Shown in pieces: positions 52,131-64,000 of a DNA stretch of 64,000 nt. Under the pieces are notes generated by a model. The model made no database searches and was not told the origin of the DNA. It saw only the letters and a program-made list of their open reading frames with translations. Made by a program: the position numbers and the translations under genes. The DNA lies in assembly GCF_963921235.1 (NCBI RefSeq), contig NC_086097.1:108812001-108876000 (forward strand). The letters run 5' to 3'. Position 1 is the stretch's first letter. Every line of letters begins with the position of its first letter. The stretch is from Mobula hypostoma. Lineage: Eukaryota.

Positions 52131-53611
52131 CTTTAAGGTGAGGGGGGTCAGTCTTTTCCTGCACAGAATGGCAGATGCCTGGAGCATGCTGCCTGGGAAA
52201 GTTGTGAAAGCAGATACATTAACAGTATTAAAGAGGCAGTTAGGTAGGCACATGGGCTGGTAGGGATTAGAGGGTCAAATAGTAGATCATGTGCAGAAAG
52301 ATGGAATTAGTTTAAATAGGCATTACAGCTGGCACCAGTGTTAAGGGGCAAAGCACAGATATCTGTGCTATACTGTTCTGTGATTGGAAATCTGCCAATG
52401 AAGCATCTCTACTAAAAAAAAAAGGAGGCAAGTGTAAAGGCTTGTCATTTGTTCTAACATCCATTGTTGAAAAAATACTTCCATAAACATTGAAACAAAA
52501 ACAGCATTTGGAAAATCCTAATCTAATCAAGCAGAGTTATGGTTTCATGAAATGGAAAGGCCTGAAACGTCGACTGCACCTCTTCCTACAGATGCTGCCT
52601 GGCCTGCTGCGTTCACCAGCAACTTTGATGTGTGGTGCCAAATTTAAATGTTTTTTGTGGAGATTTTGATCAGAGTGAATAAAAGGTTTTGTATTTGAAA
52701 GGTATTCAAGATGCTTTCCTTGCTGATGAAAGAAACAGCTTCATGTGCATGGAGGATTGGCAAATAGGCAAGAAGTAGCAAGTATGGGTGGGGGCGGGGT
52801 TCATTTTTAGTTTGTCAACCTGTGACTACTGGTACGCCATGGGCTGCAGTGTTGGAACTTACACCTGCTTACAATGTATATTAATGACATAGACAAAGGA
52901 AGTAAATGTGCTGTAGCTGCATTTACAGATAATTCAAGACCGACATGACATTGAGAGTCTTTGGAACTCTGTTTGACAATGAATGCAGAGTCCTTGTGTA
53001 TACTGTGTGTTGGAGAGAGATTTGTTAGATTTCTAATTATTGAGAGAATAGAGGATTATGGGAGCCGGGGGGCAGGAAAGTGGACTTCAGCAACGGCAAT
53101 TTGGCCATGGTTGTACTGAATGGTGCAGCAGACTTGAGGGGCTGAATGACCAGTTCCTGTCTCTGAATCAGGTGCACTTGGGATCATAGAATCATTGGTT
53201 CAGTGGCAAATGAAAGGAGGAGGAAGTTCAAAAGAACATCAGAGACTAGGTATATTGTTTGTTGCAGATACAATTGCAGGCTGATATTTCACATCTTTTG
53301 GATGCTTCACATCGTGGTTACCAATATGTGGCTGCAGAACATTCTGGAAGGCGAGGGCGAACAACCAAAGGTTATAGACTATTAGAAAATCAGTAGTGGT
53401 GGGGTGTTGAGGTGAGGTCCTGAAGCCATTTTGTTTAATGCGTTTGGAACTGCACAGATGTACACGATCCAGCGTATTCCACTGTAAAAACATTGTCAGT
53501 GCTAGCCTCCAGTGTTTGCATGGTGGAATGATAAACTGGATAGCATGGGCACATTCATCTGCTGATAACATCCATGCACCATCAACTTGCATGGGGAAAA
53601 AGTCTTAAAAT

Positions 53612-53742
53612 CTGCAGTGCACATGTGGAGATCGAGACTCTCTGTGGCCCAATTAGAATCTCTTTAGTTATATGCATGCGGAGTATTGCCAATCAACCAA
53701 TCAGAGCTGAGGCCGCGACCTGACAATGAGAGATGGGTTTCA
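53612..53742 (-). repeat. Inverted duplicate of the LSM5 core promoter (source 48812-48940)
   Basis: Aligns by eye to the reverse complement of 48812-48940, with many CpG-to-TpG/CpA changes. Confidence 0.85.
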
Positions 53743-56123
53743 TTCATAAACTGGAGAAGGAATCAGCTAGAAACCCTGAGAAGATTGCTCTGTTAATAAT
53801 TAGGTTATTGTCCATCTGGCCTTAAACTCCCATTTTTCTGCCTATTCTGCATTCTTCATTACCCAGTACAAAAATCCTATCAGTCTCAGTGCCTGACTCT
53901 GCCTCCACAACTTTCAGAGTAGAGAATTTCGGAGGTGATTAACCCTCCTTGAAGAAATTTGTGTGCTGTACTACCCCTTTTTCTGAATCTTTGCCACCAG
54001 GTCAAGATTCTTCCATGAGGATCTTCATCATAGAAATTGTCCAAGTGAGCCTTCTGAGTGCAAGTAAATAAGGAGATCAAAGTTGCACGTGTGTGATGTC
54101 ACAATAATAATAATATCAATATGCTTATACCCTATTCCTCTTGCAGTAAAAGACCAGCACCCTGCCTTTTTAATTATTTGCTGTACATGCATGTTAACTT
54201 TGTTTTACTTTATATAAGACTGGGATCCTTCTGCACAAATGGATCTGGTTGTTGATCACAAAGTTCAATAAATCTTCAATTGTAATACTCCCCTGGATCT
54301 TTGATTCAATCCATCTCTTCACTCTAGTTTATCTTTTGCCTTGTATTAACTATTTCTGATCTTATCTCCTCAAATTCTGAGCAATTAGTTATAGCTCTAG
54401 GTTTTGACTTTATTTCCTAACATCGAAGCTCAATGTAACATTGAATCTTTTGTGGCATGAACCTTTGTTTTTTCACCTCGACCAAAGATCTTCTCCCCAA
54501 ATTTACTATGTTCTTCCTGTTTTCAGAATTCCTAATCTACTTGGTTAGCCACGCTCAAGATCTGATTATACAAAACTGCCTGCATGCCTTTGACCTTTTC
54601 CAATTTTCCAGTGCCATGTCTTAATCTAAGCCACACTTCTGAATATGTAACACTGCTCACTGAGAGCAGGCACAGTCAATTTCATCTGTCTTAGAAGTGT
54701 GGTGCTGTAGTTTGGTGAACTGGCTTCTGCTGTACTGAGGCTGCATGCCAGCATTCTGGCACTGTTTTATATATGCTCCTGGACTACCACCCCTACCACT
54801 GACTACATTCTTTTAGAAGTATTCCTTTCCTATTGTAGGTTTCCATCTGTCGATCACCTGCTTTTACATCTTCCCTGAGATCCATAAGTAGAATTAGACC
54901 AAAGGGCTCCTCAAGCAAGCTAATTGAGATCATGGCTGATCTTATTTTAAATTCACTGTAATTTTTATGACTCCACTTTTCCTTTTGCTCTGTTGTGGTT
55001 CAAATCTCTGTCAACTCTGCCTTGAACCTGTTTAATCATTCTGACTCCACAGATATCCAAGTAAAACAATTGTAAAAATCCATGGTCCTCTGAGAGCCAA
55101 AACTATTCATCACTGGAATAGGAAATTGATTGTTCTGAAATAGTGCCTCTTATCCCCCAGTTCTAGATATCCCCTTTAAGGAAATGTCCTCAGAATCAAT
55201 CCATTGAATGCCTGTCAAAATCTTGCAGATTTCAACAAGCTAGCCTGTCAGTTTTCCAAATAGCTGTGAATACTGTATCAACCTTGTTTTTCATATGTCA
55301 ATTACTTAATTGCAGGAATCAATTTAATGAACCTTTTCCATGCTACCTGGATTGAAAATAATACCTCAATATAGAGACAATAACTTGCACTCAGTAATCA
55401 CATCAAATTTTGGCAGCATCCTGTAAATTTGCACCAGGAGTTCCCTGCTTTCATACCTGTACCCCCCCCCCCCCCGGCCAGCCTCAGGGTCCCTGGGCTC
55501 GCTGTCATCTTACAATTAAAGCCAACATTTCATTAGTCTTCCTCAATACTTGCTGTACCTGCATGCTAACCTTTTGTTGAAGGTACCAAAAGTCCTTCAA
55601 CCACTTAAACCATAATAATTGGTGGTCTCTCCATTTAAATTTGCTTTTCCATACTTCAGATTTTTCCTCAAAATCCTCTCGCATGCCATTTTTTTGGGTC
55701 TAATCCAGATCTATCCATAGTTGAGTAAATTTTATTAAAATTTTTTTTTAAAATGTTGGAATTGCTCAGCCGGTTAGGCAACACCTGTGGACAAAGGAAC
55801 AGATAAAGCTTCAAGTTTGGGATTACTATCAAAAACTCAGGGCCAGAACCAGACCTGAACTGTGAATTGTTACTGTTTCCCAGATGCTGCTTGACTTGAG
55901 TTTTTCCCAATATTTTCTGTTGAGACTAGTTTGTTCTTAAATCCAAACTGCACTCTTTCTTCTTTCCCCACCCCTAATTCATGGTTTTCCCAGTTCCTTG
56001 CTCAACATCCTTGCCTGTACATTCTACAGAAGCTTCACTACAGAAATGAAAACTATTGGTATCAATTTGTAATAAACTAAGTACATTTCTGTTGTAAGTG
56101 GATTTCTTAACTCCGATCTCTGG

Positions 56124-56151
56124 ATATGGTACTTGAAGATGTCACAGAATT
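56124..56151 (+). CDS. LSM5: LSM5 coding exon 3 (28 nt)
   Basis: AT ATG GTA CTT GAA GAT GTC ACA GAA TT = (N)MVLEDVTE(F); donor GTAAGT at 56152; preceded by U12 branch TTTCTTAAC and a non-canonical GG acceptor. Confidence 0.92.
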
Positions 56152-56770
56152 GTAAGTATTTTTATTCTTTTTTATTTTGCTATGTAAGACTACTTGCTAG
56201 CAATATTAAAATGTACACCTAGATTTCTTTATTTGCTATTCTGTCCAGATAATCTGAGGAAATGTGTTACTGCCTTTTTAGCACGTTCTTTATTGTGAAG
56301 TCATAGAAGGCTAATGTTTGTATATAATTATCCATTGAATGTAGAATAACTGAAAAATCAATTTGCTTTTAATCTTGTGAGTATGTTCTTTGCTGGATGA
56401 CTTGTAATCAGGCCTTCAGGGAATCACTTCTTCAACAGACCTGTAGCTGAACTAGTTTTGATTCCAGTTCTTTTACTGGAGTAATTTGTTGAATCATTCT
56501 CAAGGACGACCACTGCATCCAGGTTTTGTCAATGACTTGCGTTCCCATTATAAATGCGTTTTGGAATTCAAACTGTCCTGCAATTTTATGTCCTGTAGAA
56601 TATTGCGCATTCTATGTAATAGAATTAAATATTAGTCCTGACAGAAACCATCTTCGGCTCTAATTGAAGCCTTGCACCCTAATTCACTTTTGGACTTGTA
56701 TTCAAGTCTGGTGCTATGTTGTAACTGCTAACTGTAGTGGCTATATTCTTTTACTCTTTATTTTCTATAG

Positions 56771-56843
56771 TGAGATCACGCCAGAAGGAAGAAGAATCAC
56801 AAAACTGGATCAAATCTTATTGAATGGGAATAACATAACTATG
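56771..56843 (+). CDS. LSM5: LSM5 coding exon 4
   Basis: Acceptor ttttctatag; encodes (F)EITPEGRRITKLDQILLNGNNITM; donor GTATGT at 56844. Confidence 0.97.
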
Positions 56844-57914
56844 GTATGTAATGGTAACAAAAAAAAATTCAAAATGTGTCTGAATTATTAAAGCTTTCTG
56901 GTATTTTTAGTCAGAGACACCTAGAAAGTAGGATGAGGCTGTACTTTGAACTCCAGACAGATTTCTGGTATTAAGTTTTCATGCATATTTAAAAAAAGCA
57001 ATAAAAATTGAATTTGTAATTTAACTTTTCAGGGATCATTTGTTCTTTGACCCACCAAATAGAGATCAAAAGAGTACTATTGTCCCTCATTTAAAACAAT
57101 TATATATAGCATTTGAAGCTTAAGGCTGCACTTGAGTCTTGTTTAATTCTGTGTCCATCGATACTCCTCAGTGTCTCTTTATTCTGCCATCTTACAATCG
57201 GAGCACCTTGGTTCTCTTGCCAAGATATTGCCTCATGCAATACCTTTATTAAAATTTGTAAACGGGTACAAAATTCTCAAATTTCAATGTCATATACTAC
57301 ATCAAGGACACTTAGAAGCACATACATTCAGATGTGCTTGACAATGGAAAGATAGCTCAACGGAATGCCATTGTTTCAGCTGTTTCATGCCTGTCCATTT
57401 TTCTTTGGGATCCTTGTGCAGCAATCAACATTTATGAAGCCAGCAAATCAAATCCTTGGTTTATTTGGATGAAGCTTGCTGCTGACAGCAGTTCTTGCTT
57501 CAGAGTTGTACAGCATAGCAACAGCTCCTCTGGCTCACCGTTATCCCTATTTACAATAATCCCATTTGCCTGTGTTAATTTGATATTTCTGTATGGCCTG
57601 CTCATTCAAGATGCCTCTTAAATGTTGTTTATGTTCCTGCCTCCTCCATCTCTAGTGACAGCTCATTCTCAGCAATTATATTATTATACCATGTTTTATC
57701 ATTTTGACTCTATCACATGCATGTACTACTATTATCCATTACGTGTTTTTTTCCTAAATCCTTTGCCTTTATTCATCCATGTTGGCCCATTAGTCTAATA
57801 TATTTTTATTCTCCAGACTTAAAGCTGTTATTACTGTCATCAGACATATGCTGATTAAAAGTAAATGTCCCTCATCAGGATGTTCTTGTGAGATCTATCA
57901 TCTCCTATTATAAG

Positions 57915-58310
57915 AGGCTGGACAAACTTGGGTTGGGAGTGGTGGAGATTTATAAGATTGAGACATGTAGATAGAGTAGACGGGGAATATCTTTTTCCCA
58001 GGGTAGAAATGTCTAATACCAGAGGACATGCATTGAAGGTGAGAGAGGGGTAGATTCAAAGGGATGTGTAGGGTAAGTTTTTTTTACTCAGTGGTGGATG
58101 CACCATGCACTGCCCTGTATGGTGGCAGAGGCAAATACATTAGAGGCTTTTAAGAGACATTTAGATAGCCACATGAATATGAGGAAGATTGAGAGATTTG
58201 GCCATTGTGTAGGTAGGAGCATTGTTTTATTTTGGGATTTTTGATTTACTTAGCTGGTTTGGCTGTGGGATGAAGGGCATGTTCCTATGCTATACTGTTC
58301 TATATTTTAA
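57915..58310 (+). mobile_element. Degenerate CR1 3' end in LSM5 intron 4
   Basis: accagaggacatgcattgaaggtgagaggggg…ttctat tail, homologous to the other CR1 ends. Confidence 0.7.
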
Positions 58311-58477
58311 CCACTTAAATATTTTTTCTAATCTATAAAATAGACTTGTAACTGGATGCAAGATGACATCTTTGTGGTTCTTGTTCCTTAAATTTATAGG
58401 ATTATGTAATCCTGTAGTTTGCCAACTCTAACTGTTTAATATTATTTGTATTTATAAATCATCTTTAACCTTTGCAG

Positions 58478-58510
58478 CTTATACCTGGTGGTGAAGGCCC
58501 TGAAGTATGA
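58478..58510 (+). CDS. LSM5: LSM5 coding exon 5 (terminal)
   Basis: Acceptor ctttgcag; LIPGGEGPEV-TGA. Exons sum to 43+96+28+73+33=273 nt, giving an intact 90-aa LSM5. Confidence 0.96.
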   Translation, partial: LIPGGEGPEV

Positions 58511-58695
58511 TTGAACCTCTCCAACTTTCCACTGTGAAGCTTTGAATCTGGTTTTGTTTTTTCTAACTTTCTACAATATAATTTCATCAGAATTGCCAAA
58601 AGTTTGCTAATATTTTGTATGTTGAGTGAAGTGTATGTGGTCTCAGAAGAGGTGAATCATAACCAAGAGCATGTAAAACTTGTTTTTTTTAGGAA

Positions 58696-58750
58696 AATAA
58701 ATAAAATGTTTTAAGTTATAACTTCAGTTTTGCGTTGTGTGTGGTTTTAC
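58696..58750 (+). terminator. LSM5 polyadenylation signal with downstream GU/U-rich element
   Basis: Overlapping AATAAA at 58696 and 58700, ~190 nt after the stop, followed by ttttgcgttgtgtgtggtttt. Confidence 0.7.
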
Positions 58751-59559
58751 ATTTTTATGAAATACAGCTTTTTTTAAGTAGATCTTGACAATCTTTGGTG
58801 TTAATTCCTTGTTGAAACCACATTTTGCTGAACATTTCATTCAATTTTGTTAGGTACTTTGTAAATGGATCTATGTTAAAATCAACTGTGGAAAAGAATC
58901 AGAAATTTTCCACCTGAAGGCGATCATTGTTAGTGAATTGAAAGGAAGTCTTCTTGCCCTATGTTGGTTTCTACTTGCTTTAAATCTCAATGAAATTTTC
59001 TCGCAGCCTGTTTTATTTCAAAGAAAATGAAGTGTAAAATAGTGCCTAAGATAGTGAATTTAATTCTGACCCAATTTATTTTGTGCTTTGTCTGCATGGT
59101 AATTTGGGACAAAGTTTAACATGGTTACTTCTATAAATTTTCATCCAGGGTGTTGAGCAAAAAACTTCTAATACTTTAGATACGGTGCTACATTGTGTTA
59201 TGAGCATTATTGTGTGCTGTCCAGCTAGTTCTTTTAATATAAAGTAACAAGCTACAACAAGTTCAGAATGGATCAAATAATAAATTAGTACATTTATTAT
59301 TTTACTTGCAAGTGAAATTCTATTTTCCAGCCAAGTATTGTCTGAAAAAATAGCTTTGATCTTGTGTCTCAAACAAAGCACTTTTATACTTTTTACAGAG
59401 AAAATTAATTATGTTGTTCCATTCCTGTTACAGTATCTTCATCCTTATCTGGTTCTGACATTTGTTCTTTAGAAGCACAGTTCTGTTTATCTGTTGTCAA
59501 AACATCCCACCCCAAAAAATAAAAGATCTGTCATAAAGAATACAGTTTTCTATCATAAA

Positions 59560-60830
59560 ACACACACAAAATTCTGGAGCCACTCAGCAGGCCAGGCAGC
59601 ATCTATGGGGAAAAAAAGTACAGTTGACATTTCCGGCTAAAACCGTTCGGCAGGACTGGAGGAAAAAAAGCTGAGGAGTAGATTTAAAAGGTGGGGGAGG
59701 GGAGAGAGAAACACTGTTAGGTGAAACCCAGAGGGGGAGGGATGAAGTAAAGAGCTGGGAAGTTGATTGGTGAAAGAGACAAAAGGCATAGAAGAAAGAA
59801 GAAGGGGGAGGAGCACCAGAGGGAGGTGATGGGTGGGTAAGGAGATGAAGTGAGAGGGTGAAATGGTAAAGGGGTGGGGATGGCATTACCGGAAATTTGA
59901 GAAATCGATGTAGATGACATCAGGTTGGAGGCTACCCAAATGGAATATAAGTTGTTGTTCCTCAAACCTAGTGTGGCCTCATCGTGACAGTGGAGGAGGC
60001 CATGGATAGACATATGGGAATGTGAAGTGGAATTAAAATAGGTGGTCACTGGGAAATCCCACTTGTTCTGGCAGATGGAATGTAGATGCTTGGTGAAGCA
60101 GTCTCCCAATCAACGTTGGGTCTTACTGATACACAAGGCCACACTGGGGCCACTGAACACTGTAACTGACCCCAACAGGCTTACAGATGATGTGTTGCCT
60201 CACATGGAAGGATTGTTTCAGGCCCTGAATGGTAATGAGGAAGGAGGTTTAAGGGCAGGTGTAGCACTTGTTCAGCTTACAAGGATAAGTGCCAGGAGGG
60301 TGATCAGTGGGAGGGATGAATGGACAAGGAAGTTGTGTAGGGAGCAATCTCTGCGGAAAGCAGGACGTGGGGGGAGGGAAAGATGTGCTTGGTGTTGGAA
60401 GTGGTGAAAGTTTTGGAGAATTATGTGTTGGGCATGGAGGCTGGTGGGTGGTAGGTCAGGACAAGAGGAGCCATATCCTTGGTAGGGTGGTGGGAGGATG
60501 GGGGTAAAAGCAGATGTGTGAAATGGAAGAGATGCGGTTGAGGGCAGTGTTGGTAGTGGAGGAAGGGAAGCACCTTTGAAAAAGGAGGGCATCTCCTTTG
60601 TTCTAGAATGAAAACCCTTGAGAGCAGATATGGTGGAGATGGAGGAATTGAGAAAAGGGGATGGCGTTTTTAGAAGTAACAGGGTGGGACGAGTTGTAAT
60701 CCAGGTAGCAGTAAGAGTTCATGGGTTTGTAATAGACGTAGGTGGATAAGCTGTCTCTGGAGATAGAGACAGTGTGATGGAGGAAGGGAAGGAAGGTGTC
60801 AGAAATGGACCAGGTGAATTAGGGCAGGAT
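59560..60830 (-). mobile_element. Degenerate Penelope-like element
   Basis: Diverged homology to 30315-31690 (GIY-YIG region, 3' UTR, decayed hammerhead at ~59620-59658). Confidence 0.8.
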
Positions 60831-60839
60831 GGAAATTGT

Positions 60840-62113
60840 AAGCCTCCCAGCCAAACCAGCAAAACACCTTGGAATTCCATAGGTTCCATTTTGTCATATT
60901 TTACAAAAGTTACAAATCCATTAGACTTAAGGGTTACATCCTTTCCTCCTTTTTGCCTTTGATGATAACATGATAGTCATCAAAACATAATTGTTAAGAT
61001 ACAAGTACAGTAATTAGTGATTTATAGTATTCAAATGTTAGTCTCAGAACATTAGTTAAACAAAATTCCCTTTCCTATTCCAGATCAACAGGTACCCATT
61101 TTCAATATCTTTAGATCTACGATAATACACAAAAATCACAAAAGCATAACTATTGTTGTAATACCAGTGAATACGCCATTATGTAGGATAGTCACCCACC
61201 ATCCTCTTCCTGGAGTGTTATAATTGTGAAACTGATCTCCCACTTAACCTTTTTGGTGACCTCTTGGATATGATCCACAAAGAGAGTTATGCTTTCGGAT
61301 TCATCTGGTATGTAAATGTAACATTCTTGTTCAATAAGAGTATACAATCATGCTCTCTTAATTTAAACAAAGTCCAAAGCCATTCGGTTCTGCAATGGTA
61401 TTGTAGAGACCACCACAAATTCTACCAACAATATAGATATTGCTTATTGGGTGTGAGCGAAAGTTTCACGTGCTGATGCGATGTTAATCAGTTCATATGC
61501 TGCTTTACCAGTTCCATAGTCAGGTGTTACCTTCCCCAGGGAAAACACAAAGTCCTTTTACTCTGGAGTTAGTATTGCCTTATGGAGATTTATACCATCC
61601 TTAAAACCACTTGTTTCCAAATTTATATCCCCATCTTCTCCCAGTGACTTTCTGACTGTACTGATAAGGGGAGGAAGAGGTCTACCAATATGTCCAGGAC
61701 AGAGGGCTTGGACCAATTAGAATAATAGTTCATCCCTGTTCAATTAAAGGGCACGGGCAAAAGAGGCACACCCATTTCCACATGTGCCTGGACATCTATA
61801 CCAACTCAGCAGCTTTGGATATTAGTCCTGTTTGCATATTTGTAAGAAAGTGTTCATGGCAGTTTAGTCTGTCAGAGAAAAGACAAGGGCTAATTGATCT
61901 GCTGTCATTGGGACTCTCAATGGTGTTATTTTTTCCCTCACATTTGAGTCACCTTATAGTGAGAAGCTTAAATCCATGACAGATTTTTGTTTTTACCTTA
62001 AAGGCTGTATTAGTAACCAGAAATACCTGAAATGGTCCTTCAAGTAAAGGTTTCAAACAATTCTTTCTTTTAAATATCTGCACCACAATGTAATCTTTGG
62101 GCTTGATGTCATA
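60840..62113 (-). mobile_element. Endogenous retrovirus remnant (integrase C-terminus and probable env)
   Basis: YDIKPKDYIVVQIFKRKNCLKPLLEGPFQVFLVTNTAFKV…WI*ASHYK (GPY/F module) followed by env-SU-like NRTNIQSC*V…GVPLLPVPFN. Confidence 0.62.
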
Positions 62114-64000
62114 TAGAGCATAAAAAGAAGTGGTCCCAACACTAACTCCTGTGGAACACCTCTAATCACTGGCCGCCAATCACCAATGGATCCTTTTACT
62201 TCCATTCACTGCCTCCTACTAACCAGCCAAGCATACCACGCTAGTAACTTTCCTGTAATACCAAGGGCTCTTAACTTAGTAAGCAGCCTCGTGTGACACC
62301 TTGTCAAAGGCCTTCTGAAAGTCCAAATATACAACATCCACTGCATCCCCTTTATGAATCCTACTTGTAATCTCCTTAACAAATTCCAACAAGTTCATCA
62401 GGCAAGATTTTCCCTTAAGGAAACCATGCTGACTTTTTCCTATCTTGCCCTGTGTCACCAAGTACTCCATAACCTCATCCTGAACAATTCACTCCAAGCT
62501 AACTAGTCTATAATTTTCTGCCTTCCTCCTTTCTTAAAGAGTGGGGTGGCATTTGCAATTTTCCAGTCCTCTGGCACGATGCCAGGGTCCAATGGTTTTT
62601 GAAAGATCATTACTAATGCCTCCAGAATTTCAGAACCCTAGGACGCAGTTTATCTGGTCCAGGTGACTTATGTACCCTTAAGACTTTCGGATTTTTGAGC
62701 ACCTTCTCCCTTGTAATAGTAACTGCACTCAATTCTATTCCTTCACACACTATAACATCTGGCACACTGCTAATATCTTCCACAGTGAAGACTGATGCAA
62801 AATACTCATTTGGTTTATCTGCCATCTCCTTGTCCCCCATTAATATTTCTCTGGCCTCATTTTCTAGCAGCCCTATATCTACTCTTATCTCTCTTTTACT
62901 TTTTACATACAGTACTTGAAAAAGTTTTTACTATCCACTTTGATATTGTTTGTTAGCTTGCTTTCATATTTCATCTTTTCTCTCCTAATAGAAACATAGA
63001 AAATAGGTTCAGGAGTAGGCCATTCGGCCCTTCGAGCCTGCACCGCCATTTATTATGATCATGGTTGATCATCCAACTCAGAACCCCGCCCCAGCCTTCC
63101 CTCCATACCCCCGACCCCCGTAGCCACAAGGGCCATATCTAACTCCCTCTTAAATATAGCCAATGAACTGGCCTCAACTGTTTCCTGTGGCAGAGAATTC
63201 CACAGATTCACCACTCTCTGTGTGAAGAAGTTTTTCCTAATCTCGGTCCTAAAAGGCTTCCCCTCTATCCTCAAACTGTGGCCCCTTGTTCTGGACTTCC
63301 CCAACATCGGATACAATCTTCCTGCATCTAGCCTGTCCAATCCCTTTAGGATTTTATACGTTTCAATCAGATCCCCCCTCAATCTTCTAAATTCCAACGA
63401 GTACAAGCCCAGTTCATCCAGTCTTTCTTCATATGAAAGTCCTGCCATCCCAGGAATCAATCTGGTGAACCTTTTTTGTACTCCCTCTATGGCAAGGATA
63501 TCTTTCCTCAGATTAGGGGACCAAAACTGCACACAATACTCCAGGTGTGGTCTCACCAAGGCCTTGTACAACTGCAGTAGTACCTCCCTGCTCCTGTACT
63601 CGAATCCTCTCGCTATAAATGCCAGCACACCATTCGCCTTTTTCACCGCCTGCTGTACCTGCATGCCCACTTTCAATGACTGGTGTATAATGACACCCAG
63701 GTCTCGTTGCACCTTCCCTTTTCCTAATCGGCCACCATTCAGATAATAATCTGTTTTCCTATTTTTACCACCAAAGTGGATAACTTCACATTTATCCACA
63801 TTAAATTGCATCTGCCATGAATTTGCCCACTCACCCAACCTATTCAAGTCACCCTGCATCCTCTTACCATCCTCCTCACAGCTAACACTGCCACCCAGCT
63901 TCGTGTCATCTGCAAACTTGGAGATGCTGCATTTAATTCCCTCATCCAAGTCATTAATATATATTGTAAACAACTGGGGTCCCAGCACTGAGCCTTGCGG
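62114..64000 (-). mobile_element. Older CR1 fragment (62114-62987) with a young CR1 3' portion inserted (62988-64000)
   Basis: ORF 63059-63988 is an intact RT C-terminus (FADDTK); older fragments contain YLDFQKAFDKV and KSPGPD. Confidence 0.9.

Larger units (their letters stand above)
49976..56123 (+). other. U12-type (minor spliceosome) intron 2 of LSM5, GT-GG termini
   Basis: 5' GTATCCTTT matches the U12 donor consensus; branch TTTCTTAAC at 56103-56111; no polypyrimidine tract; the frame requires the exon to begin at 56124, after GG. Confidence 0.88.

Noticed and set aside
58461..58477. U12-branch-like TCTTTAAC before the LSM5 exon 5 acceptor
   Set aside because: Intron 4 has a U2-type donor (GTATGT), and the motif is only ~9 nt from the AG; probably coincidental.

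Overview
Vertebrate genomic DNA, very repeat-rich. The repeat repertoire (CR1 LINEs with (TTCTATG)n tails, V-SINEs, GIY-YIG Penelope-like elements, Rex1/Babar, RTE, Hero, Gypsy, hAT MITEs) suggests a cartilaginous fish, probably a ray; this is inference. The ORF track largely misses two divergently oriented host genes, which I reconstructed by hand from splice signals. (1) A complete 5-exon LSM5 gene on the + strand (48998-58510, 90 aa). Its second intron is U12-type (GTATCCTTT donor, TTCTTAAC branch) and appears to end in a non-canonical GG. (2) The first four coding exons of an RGS22-like gene on the - strand (29652 down to 7587), continuing beyond the window start. Other notable items: an inverted, CpG-decayed copy of the LSM5 core promoter inside LSM5 intron 2; minimal hammerhead-ribozyme motifs in the Penelope 3' ends; a 2.9-kb palindromic Penelope insertion with a 14-bp TSD; a spliced RBM25 fragment abutting a Gypsy remnant; a tRNA-headed LINE without ORF1; and an ERV integrase/env remnant. 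All family assignments come from recalled motifs, not database searches, and most repeat boundaries are approximate.
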